Assembly (NCBI GenBank): GCA_047967505.1
Contig: CM106538.1
Length of the DNA stretch: 64,000 nucleotides
Strand: one strand, 5' to 3'
Source of the DNA: Dipteris shenzhenensis
Taxonomy: Eukaryota
The translations under genes were made by a program, and so were the position numbers. Each line of letters opens with the position of its first letter. Position 1 is the first letter of the stretch. The notes under the pieces were generated by a model. The model did not search any database. It worked only from the letters and a program-made list of their open reading frames with translations, and had not been told where the DNA came from. Of this stretch, positions 53,616 through 64,000 are shown piece after piece.

Positions 53616-54149
53616 TGTAAGGGGAGGTTTTAATGTATGTAATGCTTTAAGGAAAATGTCCATAAAACAATACACCTTGTGATGTAAAGGAATTAATGCC
53701 ATTTCTCATGTAATTGTCTTCTCATGTGACTTTTCTTCTATTGATGTGACAATTTTCCCACTTTGGAGCATTTGATTTTTGGAATATGGAAAGCTAAATT
53801 CTATTGGTGGTAATTGTATTGCATGGAAAGTTCAATCATTTGTGAAAAGTAATGTGAGTTTGAAATGTTGCATTGTAAGTTGTAAAATGGATTGAGAATT
53901 AATTATTGGGGTATAAGGATTATGAAATACTCCATTGCTAGATTAAGGATTAAGGAATTATTATTTAGCACCAAATGTGAATTGCATTTTGAAGTGCAAG
54001 CACTATATTGCTTGTGGAGCTTGCTCCATTACTAAGACAATGAATAATGAGGTTAAATTGGGAAATTATAAGCAATCTATCTATCATGCTTGTTGAGAGT
54101 TTGCTATAGGTTTGCTCAGAGTGATTGAGGAGATCTAAGGGGGCTTACA
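53616..54149. mobile_element. Probable old LTR
   Basis: TGTAAG...CTTACA inverted termini; no TSD found. Confidence 0.45.
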
Positions 54150-56399
54150 ATGACTAAATGAATATTAGGAGGGGACTTCCATTTATATTGGTCATAGCCT
54201 CTCATCTTTTTCAATGGAGCTCATTGTCACACCAACATGGCCCCATACTCTTAAATCTTTAATGCATAAACCAATCGTGGTTAAGAAAGTAGTTTATTTT
54301 TGTCAATTTTCTCTTGTTGCTTGTCTTTTTCTCCAAAACTAAATGTTTTTTATATTTTACGCCTTCTAAAGGCTAGCAAGTTTTATAAAACTCTCAGGCT
54401 CTAAGCCCTCATGGTCTATTCAACGATTTGTGCCATTAAATATTTACGATGTATTAAGTATCACAAATGTGCCATGTCCTCGACTATGGCATCCAGTCTC
54501 GTTTGTGGAGGCAATCTTAGGTCCTTAAAATGAAGGCTCTAACATAAGTTATTTGATATAAGTACCAAAGAGATAACAAGAAAAAGTTACCAAAATTGCA
54601 TATTGTATAGTGAAATAGACACCTTGTAAAATAAACCAACTACCAACTCTCGTCTATCGTTACCACTAATTAACCAAAGTAATGATCATGGGGTAAACAT
54701 TCAAGGTGGTATCCACGTTGTAAGTTCTAAACATTTCTAGAAAAGTTTCAAGGGTCTATATTATTCCAAAAGTAGCAAAATCCAAAGTTAAAGTAGCACT
54801 TGCCTACATGGCTTCCAATCAAATGAGCTAGAGCATTTGGGCCTATTGAAGGTCTTAATGGGTTTGTAATTGAGGAACAACCAAAGCATTTATTGTGGCC
54901 AATAAAAGCTATTCCTAAGTCCACCTTTTTTGCACTTGAGCCATAAAAACAAAGTAATTGTTGTGAGCATAGGATAATTAATCCATAGTGGTAATGGAAA
55001 ATAAGAGTGGTGTAAGGTTAGCGGTAAGGGCACCTTTGCCAAATTGGAGCCAAATTGATTGAGGCAATAGGTATATAAAATTACCCAATCACAAGGCTAT
55101 TTTGACAAATAGCAAAGGAGCCATTCTGAGTGATATTTAGAAATGGCACCATTGTCCTATATTATGGAAGCATATATGCTTTTTGCTAATCAAGAACAGT
55201 TCTATCCCTTCTAAGCTCTAATTGAGATTATAGTTAGGAGTAGTTCTATCCCTTTGAAAGAGAATAGTCATTACTAGAGTGGGTGTTAAGGACATTCTTT
55301 AGAATATTGTCCAATGCATGAGCCAATGCAATGTGCTCTTCTTGCATTCGACCTAGGAGCTTGAACTCGATCATCATTGCCATTGCCTTGCCCATCAACT
55401 TATAGAGGGGGCCCAATCCTTAATGTTATTGGATTAGCTTGGATAAGCTAAAGCTCACATGAACGAAGAGTAACATGTGTTGCTCATAAAGAGGGGGCAC
55501 AGATCCCTTGTTATTGGACTATGTTAAGGTCTTTAGCAAGACCTCCTTTAATTATTTCCAATTACATAACCCTATGCAATGCAATTTTGCCTTAGAGTCA
55601 TACTTAGAGTCATATTGCATACTAAATGCTCAAGTTTCCATTTTTGGAATAGTCTATGAAGCCTTGGTAGCCTCTTCCAAGATTGGTTTATTACCCATAA
55701 GTTTGGTAAGAAGTTGAGTCCCTTGTCCCCAGTCTTGATCTACCGAGGGAGCATTCTTGTGCGTTTCATGAAGATGTGGCAAGAGGAGCATTAACTTTGA
55801 TTGGAATTCATTATGATCTTCTCATTGTCATCCTTTACCCTTTTGGTTGGGTTTTCTTATATGGCAAGCACAACCTAAAAATTGATTAGAATATTAAAAA
55901 TTTATGGTCTCTACCCTCTTAGCTTTATGTCCTTCAATAAGAATTCAAGGTATTGTCTTCGTCTCACTATAAGGCATAGGTCCTTTTCTGACAAAAATAC
56001 TGATCTTTTTTACACTAAAAAGTTTTTTTTTGACGGGCACAAAGGTCGTTATTTATGTCGCGATAAGCGTCGGAAAAGAACGGTCGCTATATAAGTGTCA
56101 CTATATAGCAACACGGGTAAATGTCACTATATAGCGACGATTAACAAAAGCTAAAAAAAACATTAATGGGGCTAAACAGGGCCACAGCAAGCCCTGTTTT
56201 GCCCCACTAATGTTTTTTATTTAGTAATTATAAAAGAATGTTTTTTATTACAAAATTTTCCTTGTGGAAAAGATGATATAAAATTGCTCAAATGAACCGA
56301 GTGACATAAGCATATACATGTTGAAGATATACAATATTGTTTGTTATAAAATTACCCTTTCGAAAAGGGTGATGCAAAATCGCTCAAACGAGCCGATAT

Positions 56400-58006
56400 A
56401 CAAAAGCATATATATGGCGAAGTATATGCAAACTACTACTACTACTACTATTGCTCATCCGAATCATCGTCATCATCCTCGTGCTCATCTTGTTAGCCTG
56501 ATCCTTGGCCCTCGTGAGCTGCGTCTAATCCCTAGCCCTCGTGAGCTGTGCCTGATCCCTGGCCCTCGTCGAAGTCATGTAAGCCTAATCCCTTATCATC
56601 ACTGCTCACCTCTGCTGATGGGACGTTCGAGCTTTGATTCTAAGCATGAAACCATATTAATTGGAAATTAGATTAGAACTTAAAGAATAAAACAGTTTAA
56701 AAAGTGAGATTACAAGTAGGAGTAAACTCATACCATGCGAGCAGCCACCTCAGCCCAATCGACCGTTGCTCCCAATGCCTCCTGTTCAATAAACCACGGC
56801 TTTGTTCCTACGCGAAATGCCCATCTCGTCTCTACGTCTATAGAAAGGCGACCCATCATAGCTTGTTGTGGGTCCAATTTACGAGAGTTAGATAAAGTGC
56901 ATGCAATATGTAATAAAACAAATAGAACAATACATTAAATGAGAAGAAGTAGACTTACCACGGTTGCCTTGAATGCCAACCGTCCGCTTGCACCAAAGTG
57001 CGAAGTACCTACGGAGTCCAGCCGTCTCCTCGCAGCCCTCCTCTGACCCTCGAACATTTCGGGATGGTCCCTGTTCTGCTTCTTGAAAAACTTCCAATCA
57101 GATTTGTCTGCCTAGCTGGGTTTAGCCTTTCCCTTTGCGATGGAAGTACACAAGGTTGACCTACGATGCTTCAAGGCCAAACCCACGCATGTAATTCTCA
57201 TTGAACTCCCAATTTGGGGGGTTAGGGTATTTTCTTTTCAATTCATCGATGACTGCCTGCTTCTTTTAGTCATCTTGGTATCACCAGTCAGTAGCTATGC
57301 CGCTCCTGAAGTGGTGAGCCTCATGGTGGCCATCATTGCTACGTCCTTTTTATCTTCTATTATCTCTCCAGCAGTTATGATTTGATAGGACAGGTCGTCG
57401 ACCAGGTAAGGAGGACTCATGGTAGTGGTAGAGTCAGAGCGAGTGGTGTTTGTGCGAGCGCTTCCAGGGTGAGGAGTAGCAGTGGAAGTAGGAGAGGGCA
57501 AGGGACCTGATTGGTACTGGGTCTCGGGACCAAGTGGAGACCTGTAGGAATGTGAGTATGCTGACTCATCTACATCTCCCGAGTCAGCACAACATAAGCA
57601 ACCCCTCCTCTTCCTTCCCTTACGATGGCCGGCACGCCAAGTGATGACCCCTCAGTCGAAGGGGCTAGAGGAGATGGTTAGATAGTAGGTCCAGCCGTCG
57701 GTGTAGGAGAGAGATTTGCTGAGGTCCTTTGGGATAGCAGAGAGAAGAATGTCGCTACCTCCGCATCGGTCATCTGTGCGACAAACTCGTCTCAGGACTC
57801 CCAACAAACCCATGGGCTACTAGCAAAGAAGTTCCCTGACGGGTAGTCACAGTGCTACGTCCGAGAGAAGTCGAGCAAGGGGTAGTCATAAGGGCAGGCT
57901 CATGAGGTGTCGCTTGAGTGGAATCAAAGTTCTCTGGAGAATAGAGATCATGATGTCTCCTCCTATGAGGGTTTCCATACTCATCGGACATGCGGCGTGT
58001 TTCCAT
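56400..58006 (-). pseudogene. Putative CACTA second gene (TnpA/Ptta-like), decayed, with introns
   Basis: Ser/Thr/Pro-rich N-terminus (METRRMSDEY...) and exon end QRRAARRRLDSVGTSHFGASGRLAFKATV|gtaag, resembling the basic-H-x-G motif of Ptta/EnSpm proteins. Confidence 0.5.
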
Positions 58007-58074
58007 GTCTAATTTGGGGGGATTGGACAAAGTAGACACAAACACAAAAACAAAAAACAAAAAACAAGAGCGGG

Positions 58075-58620
58075 TAAGAAGCGAAAAGCATATGAGGGAA
58101 AGCATATGCATAAGAGAAGAAGAAGCAAGAGAGAAGGAGAGGGGAAAAAAAGAGAAATAAAAGGGGAAAAGAGATTGAAAGAGGGGAAAAGAACCATATA
58201 TGCTTAAAGAGAAAAAAGAGAAAAAGCATATGCATAAGAGAAAAAGAGAGAAAGCATATGCTTATGCTTATGCATAAGCATATGAGCATATGCTTATGCT
58301 TATGCATAAGCATATGAGCATATGCTCATGCATAAGCATAAGCATAGGCAAATACATATGCTTATGAAAAGAGGAGAAAAAGAGAGGAAAAAAGAGTGTG
58401 AAAATTAAGAGAAGGAAGAGGGAAAAAGAGATTGAAAGAAGGGAAAAAGATGAGGGGAAAAGAGCATGTAAGCATAAGAGAAGGAAAAACATATGCATAA
58501 GAGAAAAAGAGAGAAATATTATGCTTATGCTTATGCATGAGCATATGAGGGAAAGAGGGGGGAAAGAGAGAGGAAAAGAGAAAAAGAGGGGAAGAAGAGG
58601 GAATAAGAGAAGAGGGGAAG
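58075..58620. repeat. Purine-rich tracts interleaved with palindromic AAGCATATGCTT / TTATGCATAA units
   Basis: Read directly from the sequence; units recur in imperfect tandem blocks. Confidence 0.85.
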
Positions 58621-59518
58621 ATAGGGTTCCTACGCCCATCACTGCAGCTAGCGCATAAGGCACTAGCTGTAGGCCAATGCAAATAACGAAAATAACAAAA
58701 GGAAAAAAGAGGAAGCACTTTCTTACTTGGAAAAGTCCCGCTCGGTGTTTCGTGGACTGGCCCTACAAAAGAGAGGAAACATACCATTTTTCAGATAACT
58801 AGTTAGAGAAAGGAGGAGTTTAGAGAAGCAACTTCTCAAAGGGATTATATTAAGGAGACAAGGATAAGCCTACAAACAAGGAGAAAGAGGAGGTTGAGAA
58901 ATACCAAAAAAAGAAAAGGTGAGTCTTCTTTCTTTTACCAAATCTCGTTTTTTGTCCTTAATCCCTGAAAATCAAGCATGAAAATTAGCACATAGCCTTA
59001 GCAATACAAGAAGAAACATGCTTCAACACTCACAAAACAAAATCTCACAAAAAATGAACCTACATTGCTTAAAGAGACTCACCTTCTTGAAAAACTTCCT
59101 TTCACACATCCAAAGAGGGAGAAGGGTGGAGAGGGAGCACAAGTGTTGGGAGAGGGGCTGGGTAGGGGTGAGGAGTGGGGAATAGAGAGAAGGAAAGCGA
59201 GGTCGTCCAATATAAGGTGGGAGGAGAGATTTTTGCTTTTCCCACAGTAGAGATGTGAAAGACGGTGTCACACGGGGTTTCGGGTTTAAGCCCCCAGCGT
59301 CACTATATAGCGACGTTTATATCCAAAAAGCATCGCTATATAGCGATGGAACAGAGAAAAGCGTCGCTATATAGCGATGGTTCAGGGCAAAGCGTCACTA
59401 TATAACGACAGTTCATGCCACTTATTGTCAGAAGAGAGAAAAGGAGCTCATGGGTGGCCATTTTTTGGATCTTAATAGATTTCCTTGCAACTCATGTTGT
59501 GATTTTGGAAGTGTGCAG

Positions 59519-62109
59519 ATGGAAGGGACAAGTGGAAGCTCTTCAGATGATGCGCCAATGCCTGGGAGCGCAGAGTGGCTTATGGAGAGGTTGTATTGTC
59601 ATTGCATCCATTGCAAGCGAGAAGTATGACATCAACGTCATATTGTCATGCGCCACTTGCAGATGTATGGGGAGGAGGAGCTCGAACTAGTACTCACCGT
59701 TGGTATTACACGTGGTGATGGATCATCGGTAAGTCAATGCTATTTGAGTTCGTGATTAATATTGGATACCATTATGACACAAAACCTTGAGACAAGATCT
59801 TATATTTACATGAAATCTTGAGACAGGATGAGGAGGGTGGCGAGGGTGCGCATATACCTTCACACTTTGAGCAAGACTATAGTCTCCTGGATGTGCCAGA
59901 TGATGACGAGGATATGCTGGATATGATGAATTCTATTTTCAGGGGCACTACATCACATGTACACGTGATGTCACAGTCTAACGTCAATATGCGAGAGTTG
60001 CAATCAACACAGTTGTACGAGGGTCCTAGGATGTCTAAACTACGGGCTTGTCTCTCAATCTTAAATCTGCAAGCAACGTATGGGTGGTCGGATATAAGTG
60101 TCTCGGCCTTAATGAGGTTAGCTCCCGCATTAATTTGACTCATTATTTGGATATTGTATGTTTTGAGAATCATCATTATTCGAAGCCTATGTATGTTTGA
60201 ATTGTGACTCTCTTTTATTATTCTCTCTTTTATCCTCTCTTTTTGTCTCTTTTCTCCTCTCTTTTTCTCTCTTATCTCCTCTCTTTTTCTCTCTTTTTCC
60301 TCCTCTCTTTTCCTCTATTTTTCTCTCTTTTCTCCTCTCTTTCCTTCTCTTTTTTTCTCTTTTATCCCCACTTTTTCTCTTTTCACTTTCTCTCTTTTTC
60401 TCTCTTATCTCCTTTCTTTTTCTGTCTTTTTTCTCCTCTCTTTTCTCATTTTTCTTCTCTCTTTTTCTCTCTTTTTTCTCCTCTCTTTTCTTGTCTCTTA
60501 CCTTCTCTCTTTTTCCCCACGTGAAGCTTCAATAGCCTACCATTGAGCAAACAAATACAAACTTGTGTCACTCTGATTCAAAGAATGCAGGAGCCTATAA
60601 ATGTTTGCTCAATCTCAGGCTGTAGGATTCTAAGCTTGCCCAATGTCTTACAGTTATTCTAAGCTGTAGGATTAGTGACATGACTTCTTTGTTGCTTTGA
60701 AAGAGGGGAAAAGAGAAAGAAAAGGGAAAAAGAGAGGTGAGAATCATCACGTGTGTTTGAGAATCATCATTATTCGAAGCCTATGTATGTTTGAATTGTG
60801 ATAGGTTGCTCGAGAAGATGTTGCTTGCACCAAATACCATGCTCGCATCAAGAGATGAAGCGAAGAAGATGCTAACATCGGTTTGAATGGAGAGGAACGT
60901 TCTCATGGTATGAAGAGGCTATCGATCTTTCATGAGCTTCCATATGGGGTCAGTTACAAATCAATCATCTCTTGGACGCCATGCATATCTTCAAGAATAT
61001 GGGGGCTACTATTTGGGCACACTTGGTTGGTTCCAAAGGCTCGAGAGGAGTGCGAGAAGACTTGTGTGCTATGAATAGGATGTCTCATTTGTGTCCCCAA
61101 GTGTGTGCTTCAGGAAAAGTTATCCTCCTGAAAGCAACATGGATCCTCTCCACGAGAGAGGAGGCAGCGGTCAAGGCAGACATTGCCTCTTTTTCGAACA
61201 CCCACAAGGTACATGCATTGCTTGAAAGGAGCATTTTCAAAGAACAATAACTCAAGTCCCATGATTGGCACAAGGTCTTACAGGTATTCTAAGCTGTAGG
61301 ATTAGTGTACCGATAATCGTGATGTGTTAGTGTAATTATTATTATGTTATACTATTGACATGACTTCTTTGTTGCTTTGATAGTTCATCCTCCCAATTAC
61401 AATAAAAGGGTGCTTTTACAAGAAGATGTTAGAGATGCTATATTCAAGATCAGTGGTATTGTGAGGTATGCTTACTATCAAATCGCATTGATTGCATTTT
61501 CTTCAATTTAATCTGAATAATCTATAGACTGATTATGAATATATCTTACATGGGCATGTGAAATAGGTGGATATCTCAAAAAGAGATCTCCATATCGATC
61601 AGCATCGAGAAGGCTAGTGTGGAATCCATCAAAGCCGTATGCTTGCTTGAGAAGCACTTTCCCTCGAGCATTATGACAACTCAAGTGCACTTGCTTGTGC
61701 ACATAGTTGATGAGGTGGCCATTGTAGGTACCGTTCATAGTCGATGGATGTTTTTTCTCGAGAGGTTTATGAAAACTTTGAAGGGATTTGTAAGACAAAG
61801 AGCAAGTGGCATAACAAGGATGATGATTGCATCGTTGGTGAGGTTCCCCAAGGAAAAGGGATTGAAAGAAAGATGAGCGAAGAGCAAATGGAGAAATTCA
61901 ATAAGTTCCTCAATAGCAAAGAGATACAAAAGTGGATTGAGAGATATGAAGCGGCCAAAGCAGAAAGAATAAATACAAGGACGATATTCAAAGTAATGTA
62001 CAGGCGATCGCAACCATATCCACGGGATCTCGCCCTTCTCCCAACTTACATATCACTTGATTGGCCACAACTGGCTCTACGTAAAATGGTTCAAAATTCA
62101 ACAACATGA
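59519..62109 (+). pseudogene. CACTA transposase relic with the central Transposase_21 region deleted
   Basis: LYCHCIHC...H, LNLQATYGWS, DAMHIFKN, KSHDWHK, HLLVHIVDE...WMFFLERFMKTLK; colinear with 37608-41634. Confidence 0.9.
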
Positions 62110-62123
62110 ATTTCATACATGTG

Positions 62124-62175
<52 letters not shown>

Positions 62176-62206
62176 GGAGAGAGAAAAGGAGAAGAGAAAG
62201 GGGAGG

Positions 62207-62239
<33 letters not shown>

Positions 62240-63310
62240 GATGACGAAGTCATTAAATGCATGCATTAAAGCCTCTTACAAGGAGCATGCTTGGACCAAT
62301 CACCTTAAAATAAAAAGAAATATCTAAAAAATATCTATTTTACCAGGGGGAAGCGAACTAACCTTCCCTAAACCCTTCGTAAGGAAGGGGAAGAAAGAAG
62401 AAAAGGTGTTCCAAAATTTTGGAGAAAAGTTGAAAATTCGAAAATTAGCTTCCTATTAAAACTAGATGAGGGGATAGCTTAGAATTTGAAGTCCGAGTAG
62501 TAGTGTGTGTGTGGGGGGGGGGGGGAAGGGGGGAGGTAGTCTTCACATACAGACTGAATGATATGTGTTATGGGGCCCGCCGTTTTTAATCACCAGAAAT
62601 CTGGCCCCTTGCTCTTGCTCTTGCTCTTGGTCTTGCGTTGCTGCTTCTTTTGTGGCCGAACTCTTTCGAATGATCCCAATTCCATCTTCCTCCTGGTATT
62701 CCCCTCTCTCTCCCTCCTTTTCGTTCCCTGCCTCCTCCCATTCTTCCACGCCATCCCCGCTTCCATCCCTTTTTCTCTTCTCATCCCCCCCCCCCCCCCC
62801 CCCGGCTCATCGCCTCCTTCGCCCTTCTTACTAGAACGCGCACAGCATCCCCCGCTCCCTGACTCGACTTTCATTATTAGTCTCAGGAAAACTGCAGCAA
62901 ATCTCGCGGCTTGTCCCGTTGCAAGGCTTTTGTTAGCTTGCTGAGAAGCCAACCTTTTCTATATGAATTTTTGCCGAATCTGCTGATGGCATGACTGGAA
63001 TAAGAAAAAAGCTTGCCTTCGACGCAAAGTTCCGAGGCTCTGGAATCGGGATTGCGTGAGCTAAACCTTGTACAGAATGCGCAACGGCGAGCGTTTTCGA
63101 TAAAGTCGGACAGATCTGAAGAATGTTAGGGAGTGCAAGCGATTTTGTCTCGCCTTTGCCTTTCTTAAGCTTTGCGCTCGGAAACGTAGAAACCCTAATT
63201 GCTATAGGCGCGTAGAAGCCGATCGTAGAATTTGTACGTCATTTCTATCTGATACAATTCTGAACCGTATGATCTTTCTGATGTGTTGTTTTCCAAATTT
63301 CTGAAAAGGC

Positions 63311-63838
63311 ATGGCATCGTCGTCATCCAACTCGCCGTGCGCAGGCTGCAAGTTTCTACGACGGAAATGTACACCTGAGTGCGTTTTTGCGCCATACTTT
63401 CCGCCCGATAATCCTCAAAAGTTCGCAAACGTTCACAAGATTTTCGGAGCAAGCAACGTTACGAAGATCCTGAATGATTTGCCCGTGGAGCAGAGAGACG
63501 ATGCCGTCAATTCTCTCTCCTATGAGGCAGATGCCAGAGTTAAAGATCCTGTATACGGATGTGTGGGAACAATATCAGTTCTGATGCGACAGGTGCAGCA
63601 GTTGCAACAAGAACTTGTACTTGCTCGACAGGAGCTCGCCAGATACATGACGACGAGCGTAGGAGTCGGAGCACATCAGGCCTTGCCCTCGCCCTTACTG
63701 TCCATAGGAATGGGACAACCAAGCGGTTCTTCCAGAGATCAACACATGCAACAGATGTTGCAAGACTATGCAGCTAGACAGGACGCGCAGTTCGAAAGAC
63801 AGCAGCTCTTAGACATCGCCGCCCCGAGAGGGAGCTAG
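63311..63838 (+). CDS. LBD: LOB-domain (LBD/AS2-like class I) transcription factor
   Basis: C-block CAGCKFLRRKCTPEC (CX2CX6CX3C), GAS block FANVHKIFGASNV...DPVYGC, leucine-zipper-like coil; uninterrupted ORF. Confidence 0.97.
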   Translation: MASSSSNSPCAGCKFLRRKCTPECVFAPYFPPDNPQKFANVHKIFGASNVTKILNDLPVEQRDDAVNSLSYEADARVKDPVYGCVGTISVLMRQVQQLQQELVLARQELARYMTTSVGVGAHQALPSPLLSIGMGQPSGSSRDQHMQQMLQDYAARQDAQFERQQLLDIAAPRGS

Positions 63839-64000
63839 TGAAGGCACAAGTGCGGCCGGAGGCGGACAAAGCTTTTCTCCACCATGAGACAGCGATATAT
63901 ACTCATTGCCGTTTCAGACAAAGGAATAGCACACCGGCTACATTGCAGAAGCCATTTTCAGTTTTGCTCACCATGGTCTAAATAAGCTTATCATCAGATC

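Larger units (their letters stand above)
55965..62120 (+). mobile_element. Second CACTA element (left TIR present, right end not found)
   Basis: CACTATAAG at 55965. GTCGCTATATAGCGAC-type palindromic repeats at 56055-56140 and 59298-59410. Transposase relic present. Confidence 0.85.

Noticed and set aside
60197-60535. Phe/Leu/Ser-rich ORFs as membrane proteins (also 57981-58787)
   Set aside because: They are translations of low-complexity pyrimidine or purine tracts.
62495-62506. GTAGTAGTG as the right TIR of the second CACTA
   Set aside because: It matches only CACTA, has no subterminal repeats nearby, and gives no 3-bp TSD match (TCT versus TGT).

Overview
Land-plant nuclear DNA that is almost entirely nested, decayed transposons. 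A fern or lycophyte is my inference from the TE spectrum and apparent giant intron; it is not proven. Two host genes point away from each other: an unidentified Gln/Pro-rich gene on the minus strand (exon about 23413-23967, then what looks like a >23 kb TE-filled intron) and a LOB-domain (AS2/LBD class I) gene with an uninterrupted CDS at 63311-63838. The left third holds two L1/Tx1-type LINEs in opposite orientation, a near-intact RTEX-like LINE, and three ORF1-only non-autonomous elements. The RTEX-like LINE and the ORF1-only elements share a covarying 3' hairpin and sit chained in (CT)n microsatellites. The middle holds nested Copia/Gypsy relics and solo LTRs. The standout is a 13.5 kb hAT element (36450-49904) with an exact 8-bp TSD and Ac-like TIRs. 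It carries a protein-kinase pseudogene and a coiled-coil/RING-H2 pseudogene convergent to its transposase, and a CACTA is inserted inside it. Both CACTA elements in the window show an unusual head-to-head two-gene layout. All alignments and motif calls were made by eye.
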